Assembly: GCA_963775425.1 (NCBI GenBank)
Contig: CAVZJB010000008.1
Span: forward strand, 192,001 to 256,000
Length of the DNA: 64,000 nucleotides
Direction of reading: 5' to 3'
Source of the DNA: an uncultured delta proteobacterium
GTDB taxonomy: Bacteria > Myxococcota > UBA727 > VGSZ01
Positions 22,868 through 31,697 of the stretch are shown here, piece by piece (positions within the stretch are counted from its first letter, which is position 1; every line of letters begins with the position of its first letter). The notes below the pieces were generated by a model that searched no databases, was not told the DNA's origin, and saw only the letters and a program-made list of their open reading frames with translations. The position numbers and the translations under genes were made by a program.

Positions 22868-24115
22868 ATGAGCGCGCTCCTTCCCCTCGTGCGCCGCGAG
22901 CTGCGCGCGCTGTTTGCGCGGCGGGCGCCCTGGTGGGCCCTCGCCGCCGCCGGCCCGCTCGCGGGGGTCGCCTGCGCGCGCGCCGTCGACGCCTTTCGCG
23001 CGAGCGGCGACGGCGACACGCTCGCGGGCGTCGTCGCGCCCACGCTCGGCGCGGTGCTCGTGTCGACGTCGCTGTCGTTCCCCTTCATCGCCGCCGCCGC
23101 GTTCGCGCGCGACAAGCACACGGACGCGATGCTCGGCCAGCTCGGCCACCGCGCGGTCTTCGTGGTCGCGGCCAAGGCGCTCGCGCTGTTCGTGGCGTTC
23201 GCGGCCTCGACGCTGCCGGCGCTGTTGGCGCTCGCGGGCTTCGCGCTCGCGGGCGGCCACGTGTACGGTCCATCGCTCCTCGCCGCGTTTTTCGGCCAGG
23301 TCCTGGTGGGCACCGTCGTCGCCGGCGCCGGCGCGGTCGCGGGCGCGGTGACCGAGGGCTACGCCGCCGCGGCGCTCGTGACGCTCGCGGCGGCGGCGGG
23401 GCTCGTCGCGGCGCCTTCGTGGGGGGCGCACGCGCCCGGCCCGCTCGCCGCGCTGGCGGCGCTCGCGCCGACGGCGGCGCTGGAGGTGTTCTCGCGCGGC
23501 GTCGTGGAGGTGCGGCTCGTCGTCGTGCTCGCGTTGGCGGCGGCGGCGCTCTTGTTGGCCGGCGCGGTGTTGCGGGCGCCGGCGGCGGCGCTCGACAAGC
23601 GGATCGTTCGGGCCGTCGTCGTCGTCGTGGTCTTCGCCGGCGTCGGCGCGGGCGCGGCCCGCGTGCCGTCGTCGTTCGACGCGAGCGAGGGACGGCGCAA
23701 CTCGTTCCCCGGCGCCATCACCGCGGCGCTCGCGAAGATCGGCGACCCGGTGCGCGTCACGCTCCGTCTTCGCGCGGACGATCCCAGGAGCGCGCAGCTC
23801 GAGCGCACCGTGCTCGAGCCGCTCGGCCGCGCCGCGCGCGTCGAGGTCAAGCGCCTCGTCGTCGACGATCGCACCTACGGTCTGAGCACCGTTCAGGTCG
23901 GCACGCGCGCGGAGGAGACGCGCGCGACCACGCCCGAGGAGATCGTGCCCATCGTGCTCGGCCTCGCCGGGGTGAAGGCGCCCCCGTTCGTGGCCGACGC
24001 CGCCCCGGCGGCGCACCCGTTCAGCGCGCGCACCCCGCCGCTCGCCGTCGCGCTCCCGTGCGCCCTGTGGCCGCTGTTGATGCTGGCCGGCCTGCTGCTC
24101 GCGCGCCGCCGTTGA
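22868..24115 (+). CDS. ABC-2 type permease fused to GldG-like extracytoplasmic domain
   Basis: LVRRELRAL start, multiple TM segments, FDASEGRRNSF GldG-like motif, C-terminal TM. Confidence 0.75.
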   Translation: MSALLPLVRRELRALFARRAPWWALAAAGPLAGVACARAVDAFRASGDGDTLAGVVAPTLGAVLVSTSLSFPFIAAAAFARDKHTDAMLGQLGHRAVFVVAAKALALFVAFAASTLPALLALAGFALAGGHVYGPSLLAAFFGQVLVGTVVAGAGAVAGAVTEGYAAAALVTLAAAAGLVAAPSWGAHAPGPLAALAALAPTAALEVFSRGVVEVRLVVVLALAAAALLLAGAVLRAPAAALDKRIVRAVVVVVVFAGVGAGAARVPSSFDASEGRRNSFPGAITAALAKIGDPVRVTLRLRADDPRSAQLERTVLEPLGRAARVEVKRLVVDDRTYGLSTVQVGTRAEETRATTPEEIVPIVLGLAGVKAPPFVADAAPAAHPFSARTPPLAVALPCALWPLLMLAGLLLARRR

Positions 24116-24190
24116 CCGCTCGGACGCGAGGCGGCGGCCTTCAGCTTCGCGGTCGGGGCAGATCGTCGTCGTCAGCGACCGCGCGCGCCG

Positions 24191-24796
24191 CTACGCGCCC
24201 GTTCGCGCCCGCCGGGGCTCGAGCCGCGCGAGCGCCTCGCGAATGAGGTTCTCCTCGCCGACGAGGAGCGGCGCGCGCTCCTCTCGGTAGCGCTCGAGCG
24301 CGGGCACGACGCGGGCGTCGTCGTAGCCCGCCACCGCCGAGAGCGCCGTGAAGCGCACCCGCGAGGAGCGATCGCGCATCCGGCCGATCAACGCGTCGAG
24401 CGCGCGCGCGGGCCGCGTCCGCTGGAGGCCGACCGCGGCGGCCCGGCGCACGCCGGCGTCGCGGTCGCCGAGGAGCGCGACGAGCGCGTCGACGGCGCCG
24501 TCGTGTCCGCAGCAGCCGAGCGCCCACGCCAGCGCCGAGCGCACGGCGCTGTCGGCGCCGTCGAGGGCGGCGGCGACGGGCGCGGGGTCGACGGCGGCGA
24601 CGGCGGCGAGTGCGCCGTTGATGTCGGCGTCGACGTCGCGAAAGTCCCGATCGGCGGGCCACGGCCGCGCGCGCGCAGCGAGGAGCGCGGCCACGCCGCT
24701 GCGGCCCTTGCGCGCGAGCGCCGCCGCGGCGCCGGCGACGTCGCGGCCGGCGACGACGTCGGCGGCGAGCTGTCGTGGAGCCCGGGACGCGCTCAC
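24191..24796 (-). CDS. HEAT-repeat protein
   Basis: VRSALAWALG, VRRAAAVGL and VRFTALSAV repeats with AVDALVALL helices. Confidence 0.8.
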   Translation of the reverse strand: MSASRAPRQLAADVVAGRDVAGAAAALARKGRSGVAALLAARARPWPADRDFRDVDADINGALAAVAAVDPAPVAAALDGADSAVRSALAWALGCCGHDGAVDALVALLGDRDAGVRRAAAVGLQRTRPARALDALIGRMRDRSSRVRFTALSAVAGYDDARVVPALERYREERAPLLVGEENLIREALARLEPRRARTGA

Positions 24797-24817
24797 GTCA
24801 TCGCCGGCGCGGCGCCG

Positions 24818-25549
24818 TCACTCCGGCTTTTCGCCGATGGGTACGAGGTGGCCGCCCATGGACACGAACACGACGCGCTTGTCGCGCGCGCGCTCGATGA
24901 CGATGCGATCGGTCCAGTGCGCCGTCTTGCGCTGGCGCTCGTCGTGCAGCCGCCTGATGTCCCGCTCGTCGAGCTTGCGGCGGTGCGTCTCGATGCCGCG
25001 CTCCATGCGGTCGTGCGTGGCTTCGAGCACGGTGTGGAACGCGATGAACTCCGCGCTGTTCATGTAGCGGATGGCGTCGGACGTCATCCATCGCTCGTGC
25101 ATGATGTGCCGCTGCAGGAGCGGCAGCGCCTTCTTGACGTCCTCGTCGCCGAATTGCGCGCGCAGCTCCGCGACGTCTTCGCGCGTGAGCTTGACGTGGT
25201 CGAGGTCCTCGAGGCGAAACGGCCTGCCCTCCTCCGCCGCCACCGCCCGCCCGCGCTCGCCGAGCAGCCGGTAGTAGGCCATGAGGACGCGCGTGTGATC
25301 CGGCGCCGCCGGCTTGGGCGTGAACTCGACGACCGAGCACAGCATCGCGGCGTACTTCTCGCCGAGCTCCTTGCGCGTGACCTCGAAGCGCTCGCGCACG
25401 GCGCGCCGCGCGGCGGCGTCGGGCGCCGCCGCCACCTGCCGCTTCTGCTCCGCGCTGATGGCGTGGAGCTGCATCCGCATCTGGTCGCGGAGGCTGAGAC
25501 CGCCGGGCCGGTCGACGGGCGAAAACTGGGCGATGGCGGTGACGGTCAC
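24818..25549 (-). CDS. Hypothetical protein (C-terminus reminiscent of TraB/GumN fold)
   Basis: AAAAAGGGA RBS before GTG, good codon bias, LHDER..W...I..VVFVSMGGHL. Confidence 0.7.
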   Translation of the reverse strand: MTVTAIAQFSPVDRPGGLSLRDQMRMQLHAISAEQKRQVAAAPDAAARRAVRERFEVTRKELGEKYAAMLCSVVEFTPKPAAPDHTRVLMAYYRLLGERGRAVAAEEGRPFRLEDLDHVKLTREDVAELRAQFGDEDVKKALPLLQRHIMHERWMTSDAIRYMNSAEFIAFHTVLEATHDRMERGIETHRRKLDERDIRRLHDERQRKTAHWTDRIVIERARDKRVVFVSMGGHLVPIGEKPE

Positions 25550-25593
25550 GATCCCTTTTTACCCGAATCGACCGTGCTTTGGCGACGGCCGCC

Positions 25594-25628
25594 GCGCCGA
25601 TGCGCCGATGCGCCGATGCGCCGATGCG
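25594..25628. repeat. 8-bp tandem repeat (GCGCCGAT)x4 in intergenic region
   Basis: Four perfect units plus GCG read directly. Confidence 0.9.
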
Positions 25629-25662
25629 AGGGCGGCGCCGAGCGTGTCGTCACGCCGCAAGA

Positions 25663-27012
25663 TCATGGCGTGGGCTTCTGCATCCTCTGGACACGCCCCG
25701 GACCCGGCTCGGCCCAGTAGACGTGCGTGTCGTCGACGGCGACGCCGCCGACGTCGGCCATGTCCGTGAGCCGCTCGGGCGGGACCGGGGCCGCGCCGGC
25801 GAGCGAGGCGCGGAACAGCCGGGGGGTGAAGGTGCCACTGCGGGGCACCTCCCAGGTGGTCCAGTAGACGTAGGCGTCGTCGAGGGCGAGGGCGAAGGGC
25901 ATGGCCTCGGCCTCCTGCGGGTCCGCGGTGTCGACGAGGGTGACGAAGCCGCCTTGGAGGTCGCCGACGACGATGACGGCGGAGCCGCTGCCGGCGGCGC
26001 GTTGCGTGGAGATGGCCACGGTCTCGCCGCGCACCGCCGCCGCGCCCGCGGCCGCGGGCAGGCTCCGGACGAGCGTCGAGGCGGTGCCGGCGGGCGCGGT
26101 CGCGTCGAGGACGCGCAGCTCGAACGGCGCGACGCTGCCGTCGACCCAGAACACGGACTGTGAGGTGACGGCGAGAGCGCCGGCGAAGCTCGAGCGGGTG
26201 GCGAACGTGGTGGTGGTGTCGCTCGCCGGCTCGTAGCGCACGAGGTTCAGGTTGTTCCCCGACAGTGCCTTGAGGAAGTACACGGCGTCAGCGCCCGCGC
26301 CCACCGTCTGCCAGCGCGGCGGGTTGTCCGAGATGTCGAAGGCGTTGACGTCCTGCGCCGCGTGGCTCGCGGTGCCTCCGAAGGTGGTCCCCGCGTCGGC
26401 GAAGTCCACGTCGTCGGAGGAGCCGACGCCGCCCTCGGCCACCCACGCGACGGCGCCGTTGTGGACGGCGAGCACCTGCGGGTTGTTGCCGTGCTCGGAG
26501 CACTGCACGGTCACGGCGGCGCCACCGCCGTCGGCGGGCTTGCGGCGCACGCAGCCGTCGCTCGTGTCGAGCGTCCACAGCACGTTTGCGCCGTCGACGA
26601 CGACGGACAGCGCGCGCGCCTCGGCGGGCGCGAAGGTCTCGACGGGGCAGGCGCCGACGGCGCAGTCGCCTTCACCCTCGCCCTCGCCTTCGCCCTCGCC
26701 CTCGCCCTCGCCTTCTCCCTCGCCTTCACCTTCTCCCTCGCCTTCACCTTCTCCCTCGCCTTCGCCTTCACCTTCTCCCTCGCCTTCACCTTCTCCCTCG
26801 CCTTCGCCTTCGCCCTCGCCCTCGCCTGCGCCGTCCTGGCAGAGGCCGTCGGCGCCGCAGCGCTGGCCGCTGGGACAGGTGTCCGTGCGGGTGGGGTCGC
26901 AGGCGGCGGCCTGGCCGAGCAGGTGACACGCCGGCAGCGGCGCGCCGAGGAGGAGGGCCCACAGGGCGAGCGCGTGGGTGCGCCAGCGCAGGCGCTCGAT
27001 CGGGGCGGTCAT
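25663..27012 (-). CDS. Cys-rich lipoprotein with (GE)26 linker and C-terminal beta-propeller
   Basis: Signal ending LPA-C, CDPTRTDTCPSGQRCGADGLC, GE tract, blades ALDDAYVYWT and AVDDTHVYWA. Confidence 0.85.
   Translation of the reverse strand: MTAPIERLRWRTHALALWALLLGAPLPACHLLGQAAACDPTRTDTCPSGQRCGADGLCQDGAGEGEGEGEGEGEGEGEGEGEGEGEGEGEGEGEGEGEGEGEGEGEGEGEGEGEGDCAVGACPVETFAPAEARALSVVVDGANVLWTLDTSDGCVRRKPADGGGAAVTVQCSEHGNNPQVLAVHNGAVAWVAEGGVGSSDDVDFADAGTTFGGTASHAAQDVNAFDISDNPPRWQTVGAGADAVYFLKALSGNNLNLVRYEPASDTTTTFATRSSFAGALAVTSQSVFWVDGSVAPFELRVLDATAPAGTASTLVRSLPAAAGAAAVRGETVAISTQRAAGSGSAVIVVGDLQGGFVTLVDTADPQEAEAMPFALALDDAYVYWTTWEVPRSGTFTPRLFRASLAGAAPVPPERLTDMADVGGVAVDDTHVYWAEPGPGRVQRMQKPTP
26668..26826 (-). 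repeat. Hexamer tandem repeat encoding about (GE)26G
   Basis: GGNGAR units with synonymous variation over 159 nt. Confidence 0.95.
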
Positions 27013-27737
27013 TCGCCGAGACCCACGGCGGCGAGGCCGACGCCGACGGCGGCGACGACGGCGGAGAGGCCGGCGGCCGCGAGCAGGAGGCGTCCGCCGA
27101 GGAGGGCGCCGTCCTTGTCCCCGGTGGTCTTGGTCTTGTCGTCGAGCACGCCGTCCATGGCGCCCGCGCCGAGGCCGGTGCCGACGGCGGCGCCGGCGCC
27201 GACCACCGCGACCACCGCGCCGCCCCACACGAGCGGTGACACGCCGGACGACGACGGCGCCGCGCCGGCCGCCGCGTCGACGGGCGCGCCGAAGAGCTTG
27301 CGCCCCACGCGGCGCGCGGCGTCGCGCAGCGCCTCGGGGTCGCCGTGCACCGTCTCGTCGGCGCGGGTCTCCGCGGCGCCCTTGTCGAGGTCAAGAAGGC
27401 GCGCGCTGATGATGGTGCTGGCGCCGAGCCGCCCCACGGAGCCCGCCACGATGAGCTTGGCGCCGAGCGCCTGCCCGATCTCGGCGATGCACGAGCTCGA
27501 CTCCTGCCCGCACGACATCTTCGTCGCCTCGACGTCCATCATCGCGACGAGGTCCGCTTGCGTGAGCACCTTGCACGGCGTCACCTGCGACACCGCCTGC
27601 GCGAGCGCCTCGGTCAGCAGGCCGGGCAGGTGCGCCTCGTCGGCGGGCAGCCCCTTGTTCTGGAGCTCGAGCACCGCCACCCGGCAGCCCGCGTCGTCGG
27701 GTGCCGCAAACGCCAGGAGGGAGAGGAGCGCGAGCAT
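27009..27737 (-). CDS. Secreted TolB-N/CsgG-like alpha/beta domain protein with hydrophobic C-terminal hairpin
   Basis: Signal MLALLSLLAFA, VAVLEL..SCIAEIGQALGA..GSVGRLG..ARLLD, two Gly/Ala-rich hydrophobic C-terminal segments. Confidence 0.75.
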   Translation of the reverse strand: MLALLSLLAFAAPDDAGCRVAVLELQNKGLPADEAHLPGLLTEALAQAVSQVTPCKVLTQADLVAMMDVEATKMSCGQESSSCIAEIGQALGAKLIVAGSVGRLGASTIISARLLDLDKGAAETRADETVHGDPEALRDAARRVGRKLFGAPVDAAAGAAPSSSGVSPLVWGGAVVAVVGAGAAVGTGLGAGAMDGVLDDKTKTTGDKDGALLGGRLLLAAAGLSAVVAAVGVGLAAVGLGE

Positions 27738-27815
27738 GGCGGCGAGTGTACCCCGGGCCCGGCGGCGAGGGCCCGGCGCTTGCGGCGACGGCGCGCGCCG
27801 GACGAGGCTCGCGGC

Positions 27816-28709
27816 ATGAAGTGCGTTCACTGCGGCCAGCGCAAAGGCAAGCGGCGCTGCCCCGCCCTCGGCGGCGACATCTGCCCGCAGTGTTGCGGCG
27901 AGCACCGCTTGAAGACCATCGCCTGTCCCCCGGACTGCGTGCACCTCGGCGGGCTCGCCGCCGCCGCCGTCTCCGACGCCGACGTCGAGGCCGCCGTGGA
28001 GCCCGCGCTCTTCATGATGAGCGAGTGGTACCTCGAGCGGCGCGAGGCGCTCCCGTACAACGACATCGTCGTGCGCGAGATCCTCGACGGCGCGCCGCCC
28101 GAGGACCCCCGCGTCATCGACGCGCTCGACGACGTCACCGGCGTCATCGGAGGCTGCACCACCTACGGCGTCGTCGACGGCGACGGCCGCCGCGCCGTGG
28201 ACCGCTACCTCGCCGCCCGCGGCCGCGAGCTCACGCCCGCGCAAGGGCGCGCGCTCAAGGCCATGGGCGGCGCCCGCTTCGGCGTGTTCCTCGTCGAGGA
28301 GAGCTTCCCCGGCGAGGGCTACGCCGTGCGGGACGTCGCCGCCGACGAGGTCTTCCGCGTGAAGTCCGAAGACGGCACCCCGCGCGACGGCGCGGTCTAC
28401 CTCGGCTTCGTCGCCACGCTCGGCGCCGCCGTGCACCCCGTGGCCCTCGCCACCGTGCCCGACGCCCTCGTCGACGACGTCGCCGACGCCTACCGCGCCG
28501 CCGTCAAGGACGCCGGCGGTGCCGCCGTCGAGGACAGCGCCGCGGCCGGCGCCGCCGCCGTCGCGCGCACGCCCGCGGTCTGCTCCCCCGTCACCGGCGC
28601 CCTCGTGCGCGCGCTCCGGGGCCTCTTCGGCGACGACCCGCTCGCCGCGAACGACGCCTCGAGGCAGCTTTCGCCGACGGTGACGACGACGGGTGACGAC
28701 GACGGGTGA
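27816..28709 (+). CDS. Protein with N-terminal Cys-rich putative zinc-binding domain
   Basis: GAGG RBS and MKCVHCGQRKGKRRCPALGGDICPQCCGEHR..CPPDCVHL. The 3' end is uncertain because it lies in a tandem repeat. Confidence 0.75.
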   Translation: MKCVHCGQRKGKRRCPALGGDICPQCCGEHRLKTIACPPDCVHLGGLAAAAVSDADVEAAVEPALFMMSEWYLERREALPYNDIVVREILDGAPPEDPRVIDALDDVTGVIGGCTTYGVVDGDGRRAVDRYLAARGRELTPAQGRALKAMGGARFGVFLVEESFPGEGYAVRDVAADEVFRVKSEDGTPRDGAVYLGFVATLGAAVHPVALATVPDALVDDVADAYRAAVKDAGGAAVEDSAAAGAAAVARTPAVCSPVTGALVRALRGLFGDDPLAANDASRQLSPTVTTTGDDDG

Positions 28710-28748
28710 CGACGACGGGTGACGACGACGGGTGACGACGACGGGTGA
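28679..28748. repeat. 13-bp tandem repeat (GGTGACGACGACG)x5
   Basis: Five perfect units plus GGTGA read directly. Confidence 0.95.
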
Positions 28749-28940
28749 GGGCCCTTCGAGGACGATGACGACGACGAAGCCGCCCTCGGCGATGACGTCA
28801 TTGACGTCGTCTACGACCTCGCCGCCGCGCCGTCCCCCGCCGTCTGGCGCCGTCCCCCCCCGCCGTCCCCCGCGCCGTCCCTCGCGGCCCACACCGAGAG
28901 CCATGACGCTCGGGGCGTTCGATGGTAGATCCGACCGCCG

Positions 28941-31640
28941 ATGAACCTCGCGAAGTACTCACCGAAGTGCCAGGCCATCCTCGTCGAGGCGCAGAAGATC
29001 GCGCGCGCCCGGCAGCACCAGGCCATCGAGCCCGAGCACCTGTTGCGCGCGCTGTTGTCCGACGAGGGCGGCAAGGCGGTGCTCGAGCGGCTCGGCGTCA
29101 AGCTTCGCGAGATCGAGCAGAAGCTCGAGGTGGAGCTCACCAAGCTCCCCAAGGTCGCGGGCGCCTCCAACTACCTGTCGCCGCGCTTCTTGAAGGTCAC
29201 CGCCGCCGCCGAGGCGCAGGCCACCAAGGTCGGCGCCAAGCTCGTCGACGCGTCGCACCTGCTGGCGGCCCTCGCCAATCCGGCGAGCGCCGCCGGCGCG
29301 CCCGGCCGCTTGCTGCGCGACCACGGCGCCTCCAAGGACCGCATCGAGAGCGCCCTCAAGGTGTCGTCCAAGGGCGGCGCCGTCGTCGACGACAAGAGCA
29401 ACGACGGCAGCGCCATCAGCAAGTACGCCATCGACCTCGTGCAGAAGGCCAAGGACGGCCAGCTCGACCCGGTCATCGGCCGCGACGACGAGACCCGCCG
29501 CATCATCCAGGTGCTGTCGCGGCGCGGCAAAAACAACCCGGTGCTCATCGGCAAACCCGGCGTCGGCAAGAACGCCATCATCCAGGGCCTCGCGCAGCGC
29601 ATCGCCAACGGTGACGTGCCCACCATGCTGAAGGACAAGCGCCTCATGGCGCTCGACCTCGGCTCGCTCCTCGCCGGCGCCACCCTGCGCGGTCAGTTCG
29701 AGGAGCGCATCAAGGGCATCATCCAGGAGGTCAAGCGCTCCGACGGCGACATCATCCTGTTCATCGACGAGATCCACACGCTCGTCGGCGCCGGCGGCGA
29801 AGGCGCGTCCGACGCCTCGCAGATGCTCAAGCCGCCGCTCGCGCGCGGCGAGATCCAGGTGCTCGGCGCCACCACGCCCGACGAATACAGAAACTCCATC
29901 GAGAAGGACAAGGCGCTCGAGCGCCGCTTCCAGGCCATCTCCGTCGAGGAGCCCGGCTTCGAGGAGACGCTGCGCATCCTGCGCGGCATCAAGGGCAAGT
30001 ACGAGGTGTACCACGGCGTGCGCATCCAGGACCCCGCGCTGGTGGCGGCGATTCGCTTCGCGCAGCGCTACATCCAGGGCCGCCAGCTCCCCGACAAGGC
30101 CATCGACCTCATCGACGAGGCCGCGTCGCGCCTGCGCGTGAGCATCGACTCCGTGCCCGACGTCCTCGATATCGAGGAGCGAAACCTCACCGAGCTCAAG
30201 ATGGAGGTGAAGGCGCTCACCGACACGGACCGCGACACGCTCGAGCAGAAGGCCAAGCTCGAGAGCAAGGTCGAGGAGAGCGCCAAGAAGACCGCCGAGA
30301 TCCGCGCGCGCTGGGAGAGGGAGGTCGAGCTCATCGCCGCCGTCCGCGCGCTCAAGGAGTCGCGCGCCGCCGCCGAGAAGGACCTCGAGGAGGCCGAGCG
30401 TAAGGGCGAGGTCGACCGCGCCAGCGAGCTCAAGTACGGGCAGATCAAGCGCCTCACCGCCGAGCTCGAGGAGAAGGATCACGAGCTGCAGAAGGTCGGC
30501 GGCCGCCTCATCAAGGAGGCGGTGGAGCCCACCGAGATCGCCGCCGTCGTCGGCGACATCACCGGCATCCCCGTGTCCACCATGCTCGAGAGCGAGAAGG
30601 AGAAGCTCCTGCAGATGGAGGACCGCATCGGCCAGCGCGTGATCGGGCAGAAGGAGGCGCTGCACGCCATCGCCAAGGCCATCCGCCGCTCACGCTCGGG
30701 GCTCAACGATCCGAACCGGCCCGTGGGCTCGTTCTTCTTCCTCGGCCCCACCGGCGTGGGAAAGACCGAGCTCGCCAAGGCCCTCACGCAGTTCTTGTTC
30801 GACGACGAGAAGGCCATGGTGCGCCTGGACATGTCCGAGTTCCAGGAGAAGCACACCGTGGCCCGCTTGATCGGCGCGCCGCCCGGCTACAAGGGCGCCG
30901 ACGAGGGCGGCCAGCTCACGGAGGCGGTGCGCAGGAAGCCCTACTCGGTGGTGCTGTTCGACGAGGTGGAGAAGGGCCACCCCGACATCTTCAACATCCT
31001 GTTGCAGGTGCTCGACGACGGCCGCCTCACCGACAGCCAGAGCCGGCTCGTGGACTTCAAGAACACCGTCATCATCATGACCTCCAACGTGGGCTCGCAT
31101 CACTTGCTCGAGGCCAGCATCGACGACGGCATCATCGAGGAGCCCGCCAAGGACGCGGCGTTCGCGGAATTGAAGAAGACCTTCCGCCCCGAGTTCCTCG
31201 GCCGCATCGACGAGGTCATCATGTTCCACGGGCTCACCCGCGACAACATCGACGCCATCGCCGACATCCAGTTCAAGAAGGTCAGGGGCATGCTCGCGCA
31301 CCGCCGCTTGAACCTCGAGCTTCTGCCGGAGGCCAAGAAGGCCGTCGTCGACGCGGGCTACGAGCCGCGCTTCGGCGCGCGCCCGCTCAGGCGCGCCATC
31401 CAGCGCTGGCTGCAGGACCCGCTGTCCACGGCCATCCTCGAGGGCGGCTACGACGAGGGTGACACCATCGTCGCCACCTTGAAGGACAAGGCCCACCCCG
31501 AGGACGGCCTCGCCTTCGAGCGCCGCCCGCGCCCCGCGGCCGTCGTGGCCGCCGGTGACGGCAAAGACGGCAAAGACGGCAAAGACGGCAAGAGAGACGG
31601 GGCGCCCGCGGCCGAGGGGACGACCGCCCCGACGGCCTGA
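28941..31640 (+). CDS. clpB: ClpB-family double AAA+ chaperone (divergent NBD1)
   Basis: Clp N domain, LDPVIGRD, FIDEIH, coiled-coil middle domain, GPTGVGKT, FDEVEK and FGARPLRR. Confidence 0.9.
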   Translation: MNLAKYSPKCQAILVEAQKIARARQHQAIEPEHLLRALLSDEGGKAVLERLGVKLREIEQKLEVELTKLPKVAGASNYLSPRFLKVTAAAEAQATKVGAKLVDASHLLAALANPASAAGAPGRLLRDHGASKDRIESALKVSSKGGAVVDDKSNDGSAISKYAIDLVQKAKDGQLDPVIGRDDETRRIIQVLSRRGKNNPVLIGKPGVGKNAIIQGLAQRIANGDVPTMLKDKRLMALDLGSLLAGATLRGQFEERIKGIIQEVKRSDGDIILFIDEIHTLVGAGGEGASDASQMLKPPLARGEIQVLGATTPDEYRNSIEKDKALERRFQAISVEEPGFEETLRILRGIKGKYEVYHGVRIQDPALVAAIRFAQRYIQGRQLPDKAIDLIDEAASRLRVSIDSVPDVLDIEERNLTELKMEVKALTDTDRDTLEQKAKLESKVEESAKKTAEIRARWEREVELIAAVRALKESRAAAEKDLEEAERKGEVDRASELKYGQIKRLTAELEEKDHELQKVGGRLIKEAVEPTEIAAVVGDITGIPVSTMLESEKEKLLQMEDRIGQRVIGQKEALHAIAKAIRRSRSGLNDPNRPVGSFFFLGPTGVGKTELAKALTQFLFDDEKAMVRLDMSEFQEKHTVARLIGAPPGYKGADEGGQLTEAVRRKPYSVVLFDEVEKGHPDIFNILLQVLDDGRLTDSQSRLVDFKNTVIIMTSNVGSHHLLEASIDDGIIEEPAKDAAFAELKKTFRPEFLGRIDEVIMFHGLTRDNIDAIADIQFKKVRGMLAHRRLNLELLPEAKKAVVDAGYEPRFGARPLRRAIQRWLQDPLSTAILEGGYDEGDTIVATLKDKAHPEDGLAFERRPRPAAVVAAGDGKDGKDGKDGKRDGAPAAEGTTAPTA

Positions 31641-31697
31641 CGCCAACGCGCGGATCCGCGGGTGTCGCGCCCGCCACACGCGGGCCGGGCCGTTGTT

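Noticed and set aside
28679-28748. Tandem repeat as CRISPR or iteron array
   Set aside because: Head-to-tail 13-bp units without spacers and no rep gene nearby.
31558-31593. GACGGCAAA repeat (DGK)n in the ClpB tail
   Set aside because: Short in-frame slippage in a disordered terminus with no evidence of function.
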